Shown piece after piece: positions 63,201 through 64,000 of a stretch of DNA of 64,000 bases. Each line of letters begins with the position of its first letter. Within the stretch, counting starts at the first letter, position 1. The stretch comes from Chrysomallon squamiferum. Its lineage: Eukaryota > Animalia > Mollusca. The notes beneath the pieces were generated by a model that saw nothing but the letters and a program-made list of their open reading frames with translations, searched no databases and was not told the DNA's origin. The stretch is taken from NCBI GenBank assembly GCA_012295275.1, contig CM022665.1, positions 14,756,001 through 14,820,000 on the forward strand, in the 5' to 3' direction. The translations under genes were made by a program, and so were the position numbers.

Positions 63201-63939
63201 TGTAATTCCTATTTGGTTTAATAATAAAAAAATAACAACAAAGAAATAAATGATGCACTTTCACAGTGTTATAATTTCTAAAAAATATAAACAGATATGT
63301 GCTGAAATCAGTAACAGACAATTTTAAATTAAGACAACAGAAATACCTCTATTCCAAGTTGTGCAGCAAGACAAATTAATCCATAATGAATAGAATCATT
63401 AGAATATTCAATATCTTTAACCCCAGATAACATGTTCTGAAGACTGGAAATTGCTGCAAGCAAATATAACAAACATTATCTTCCAAATTACTGTCTGGCA
63501 AGAAATTGTAAAATTTTTAAATATCTTAATAAAAATGATTATAATTTATAATATTCAAATTAAAAAAACTATCATTTTTATTTATTTGTAATATATTATG
63601 TAACATAATCATAGTAATTTATTTAATGAAAAAATACTCAGCATATATCCTTGCATGCATTATGCTAATTAATAAAGTAATTTTGGCTGACAAACAACAC
63701 TGTTTTATGGTATCATTTTTATTCAGATTGGCAGAAGCATATCAAAACCTATTAAATTTTATAAGATTACATATCATAATACTATCTACCAAAATTCTGT
63801 CCAAGAAACATTATTTTATTTCATATTTAATCTTACCTTTCTGGCCATCTGATTCCATTAAGGCTAGATTGTAAATGATAAAATGTGTGTGAGTATCAGA
63901 ACTGTCACACTTTAAGGCTTCACCAACAGCTTCTTTTGC
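57179..63939 (-). CDS. TEX11: TEX11 / ZIP4 / SPO22 meiotic TPR protein, 3' 14 exons (454 aa in window; 5' part beyond 64000)
   Basis: Minus-strand exons 63837-63939, 63347-63453, 62851-62987, 62237-62274, 61957-62043, 61677-61747, 61169-61282, 60828-60909, 60459-60614, 60048-60156, 58714-58840, 58486-58556, 57699-57792, 57179-57247 = 1365 nt, phase-compatible. Recognisable TEX11 motifs: AKEAVGEA, VLTALRCLVRL, EATWFMKITWNLALKC, TCTLMAAA, LLLLYEFEARVKLND, YPEIEILWLMTKAWNCG, AERWCGLSM...SYEEQMNSVYGQI. Confidence 0.93.
57699..57792 (-). CDS. TEX11: TEX11 exon
   Basis: SSCNYVEAERWCGLSMSMLKYLPTMRNSYEEQ; ttcag| ... |gtatca. Confidence 0.93.
58486..58556 (-). CDS. TEX11: TEX11 exon
   Basis: SQYPEIEILWLMTKAWNCGIHYY; ttcag| ... 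AG|gtaaaa. Confidence 0.93.
58714..58840 (-). CDS. TEX11: TEX11 exon
   Basis: SKDIHSLIQLSMSRETGNRELGNMEETFSYFKETIEIIANRAQ; ccag| ... |gtaaat. Confidence 0.9.
59308..60025 (-). mobile_element. Internally deleted pogo/Tigger (Tc1-mariner superfamily) DNA transposon in a TEX11 intron, 718 bp
   Basis: 23-bp TIRs (CAATGGTACCTTGACTTACAAGT 59308-59330; revcomp CAGTGATACCTTGACTTACAAGT 60003-60025; 2 mismatches); TA on both flanks; decayed transposase N-terminus inside. Confidence 0.9.
59570..59827 (-). pseudogene. Transposase remnant (CENP-B/Tigger N-terminal HTH), frameshifted with a stop
   Basis: DPKKMSAKDSTEKKKQMLSIELKHEIMEK /frameshift/ VDLAR*YEHCTSTECTILKQKKSIKTITP...KIISKLQTSVHEK; no DDE domain. 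Confidence 0.82.
60048..60156 (-). CDS. TEX11: TEX11 exon
   Basis: ALAIESPADNKSLCIRALKVAIRTHLQKEEPDFKRC; AAG acceptor; AG|gtaatt. Confidence 0.9.
60459..60614 (-). CDS. TEX11: TEX11 exon
   Basis: VAANHKPGTSDVLLLLYEFEARVKLNDSSAEDVLEKALTMPQPEPKMFESLA. Confidence 0.92.
60828..60909 (-). CDS. TEX11: TEX11 exon
   Basis: KEAYEEVIHHIQEYKSIIRRDQNRIWT; ttcag| ... G|gtattt. Confidence 0.88.
61169..61282 (-). CDS. TEX11: TEX11 exon
   Basis: LLSLCPDNNTSSRQQTCTLMAAAACLQIAKQKSDQIEK; ttag| ... |gttagc. Confidence 0.88.
61677..61747 (-). CDS. TEX11: TEX11 exon
   Basis: TWNLALKCEEDPFCMKEFFLLCFQ; AAG acceptor; |gtaggc. Confidence 0.9.
61957..62043 (-). CDS. TEX11: TEX11 exon
   Basis: AYNKLLVISNTEDSSHIHIHEEATWFMKI; ttcag| ... 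|gtaaga. Confidence 0.9.
62237..62274 (-). CDS. TEX11: TEX11 exon (38 nt)
   Basis: DNKMATIIPHVRA; needed to bridge phase 2 to phase 1; ttcag| ... G|gtaaat. Confidence 0.82.
62851..62987 (-). CDS. TEX11: TEX11 exon
   Basis: QNNSNTACMALDFLVNHSTNNQQVLTALRCLVRLKISAVDSCNSE; acag| ... |gtaata. Confidence 0.9.
63347..63453 (-). CDS. TEX11: TEX11 exon
   Basis: AISSLQNMLSGVKDIEYSNDSIHYGLICLAAQLGIE; gcag| ... |gtattt. Confidence 0.9.
63837..63939 (-). CDS. TEX11: TEX11 exon
   Basis: AKEAVGEALKCDSSDTHTHFIIYNLALMESDGQK; ttag| ... G|gtaaga. Confidence 0.9.
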
Positions 63940-64000
63940 CTAAAAAAAACAACAAACAATTCAGTGAGATGTTTCCAATCTGGTAAAATACTGTATATTT

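Overview
AT-rich, microsatellite-dense animal DNA, probably a mollusc (inference from intron style, repeat types and mosaic CpG pattern). Three protein-coding loci are supported. (1) An intronless Frizzled-4 orthologue on the minus strand, 36801-38528, 575 aa. (2) A 15-exon plus-strand gene rebuilt by hand, 42428-54869, 558 aa, with all GT-AG junctions phase-compatible; I cannot assign it to a family and the ORF track shows only fragments of it. (3) The 3' 14 exons of TEX11/ZIP4/SPO22 on the minus strand, 57179-63939, continuing past the window end. The first ~36 kb is an apparent gene desert downstream of Fzd4, where short CpG-rich unique islands alternate with long microsatellites. CpG is abundant from 1 to ~42.8 kb and nearly absent afterwards, as expected for an unmethylated developmental-gene domain next to methylated gene bodies. 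Two transposons have clear ends: a hAT-type MITE with an 8-bp TSD, and an internally deleted pogo/Tigger element in a TEX11 intron. Most other ORFs in the track are microsatellite or chance ORFs. I found no CRISPR array, RNA gene or demonstrably new system. The best leads are the unknown gene, the Fzd4 regulatory domain and its methylation boundary, and a Pbx-Hox/Pbx-Meis composite site in the Fzd4 promoter. All counts were made by eye.
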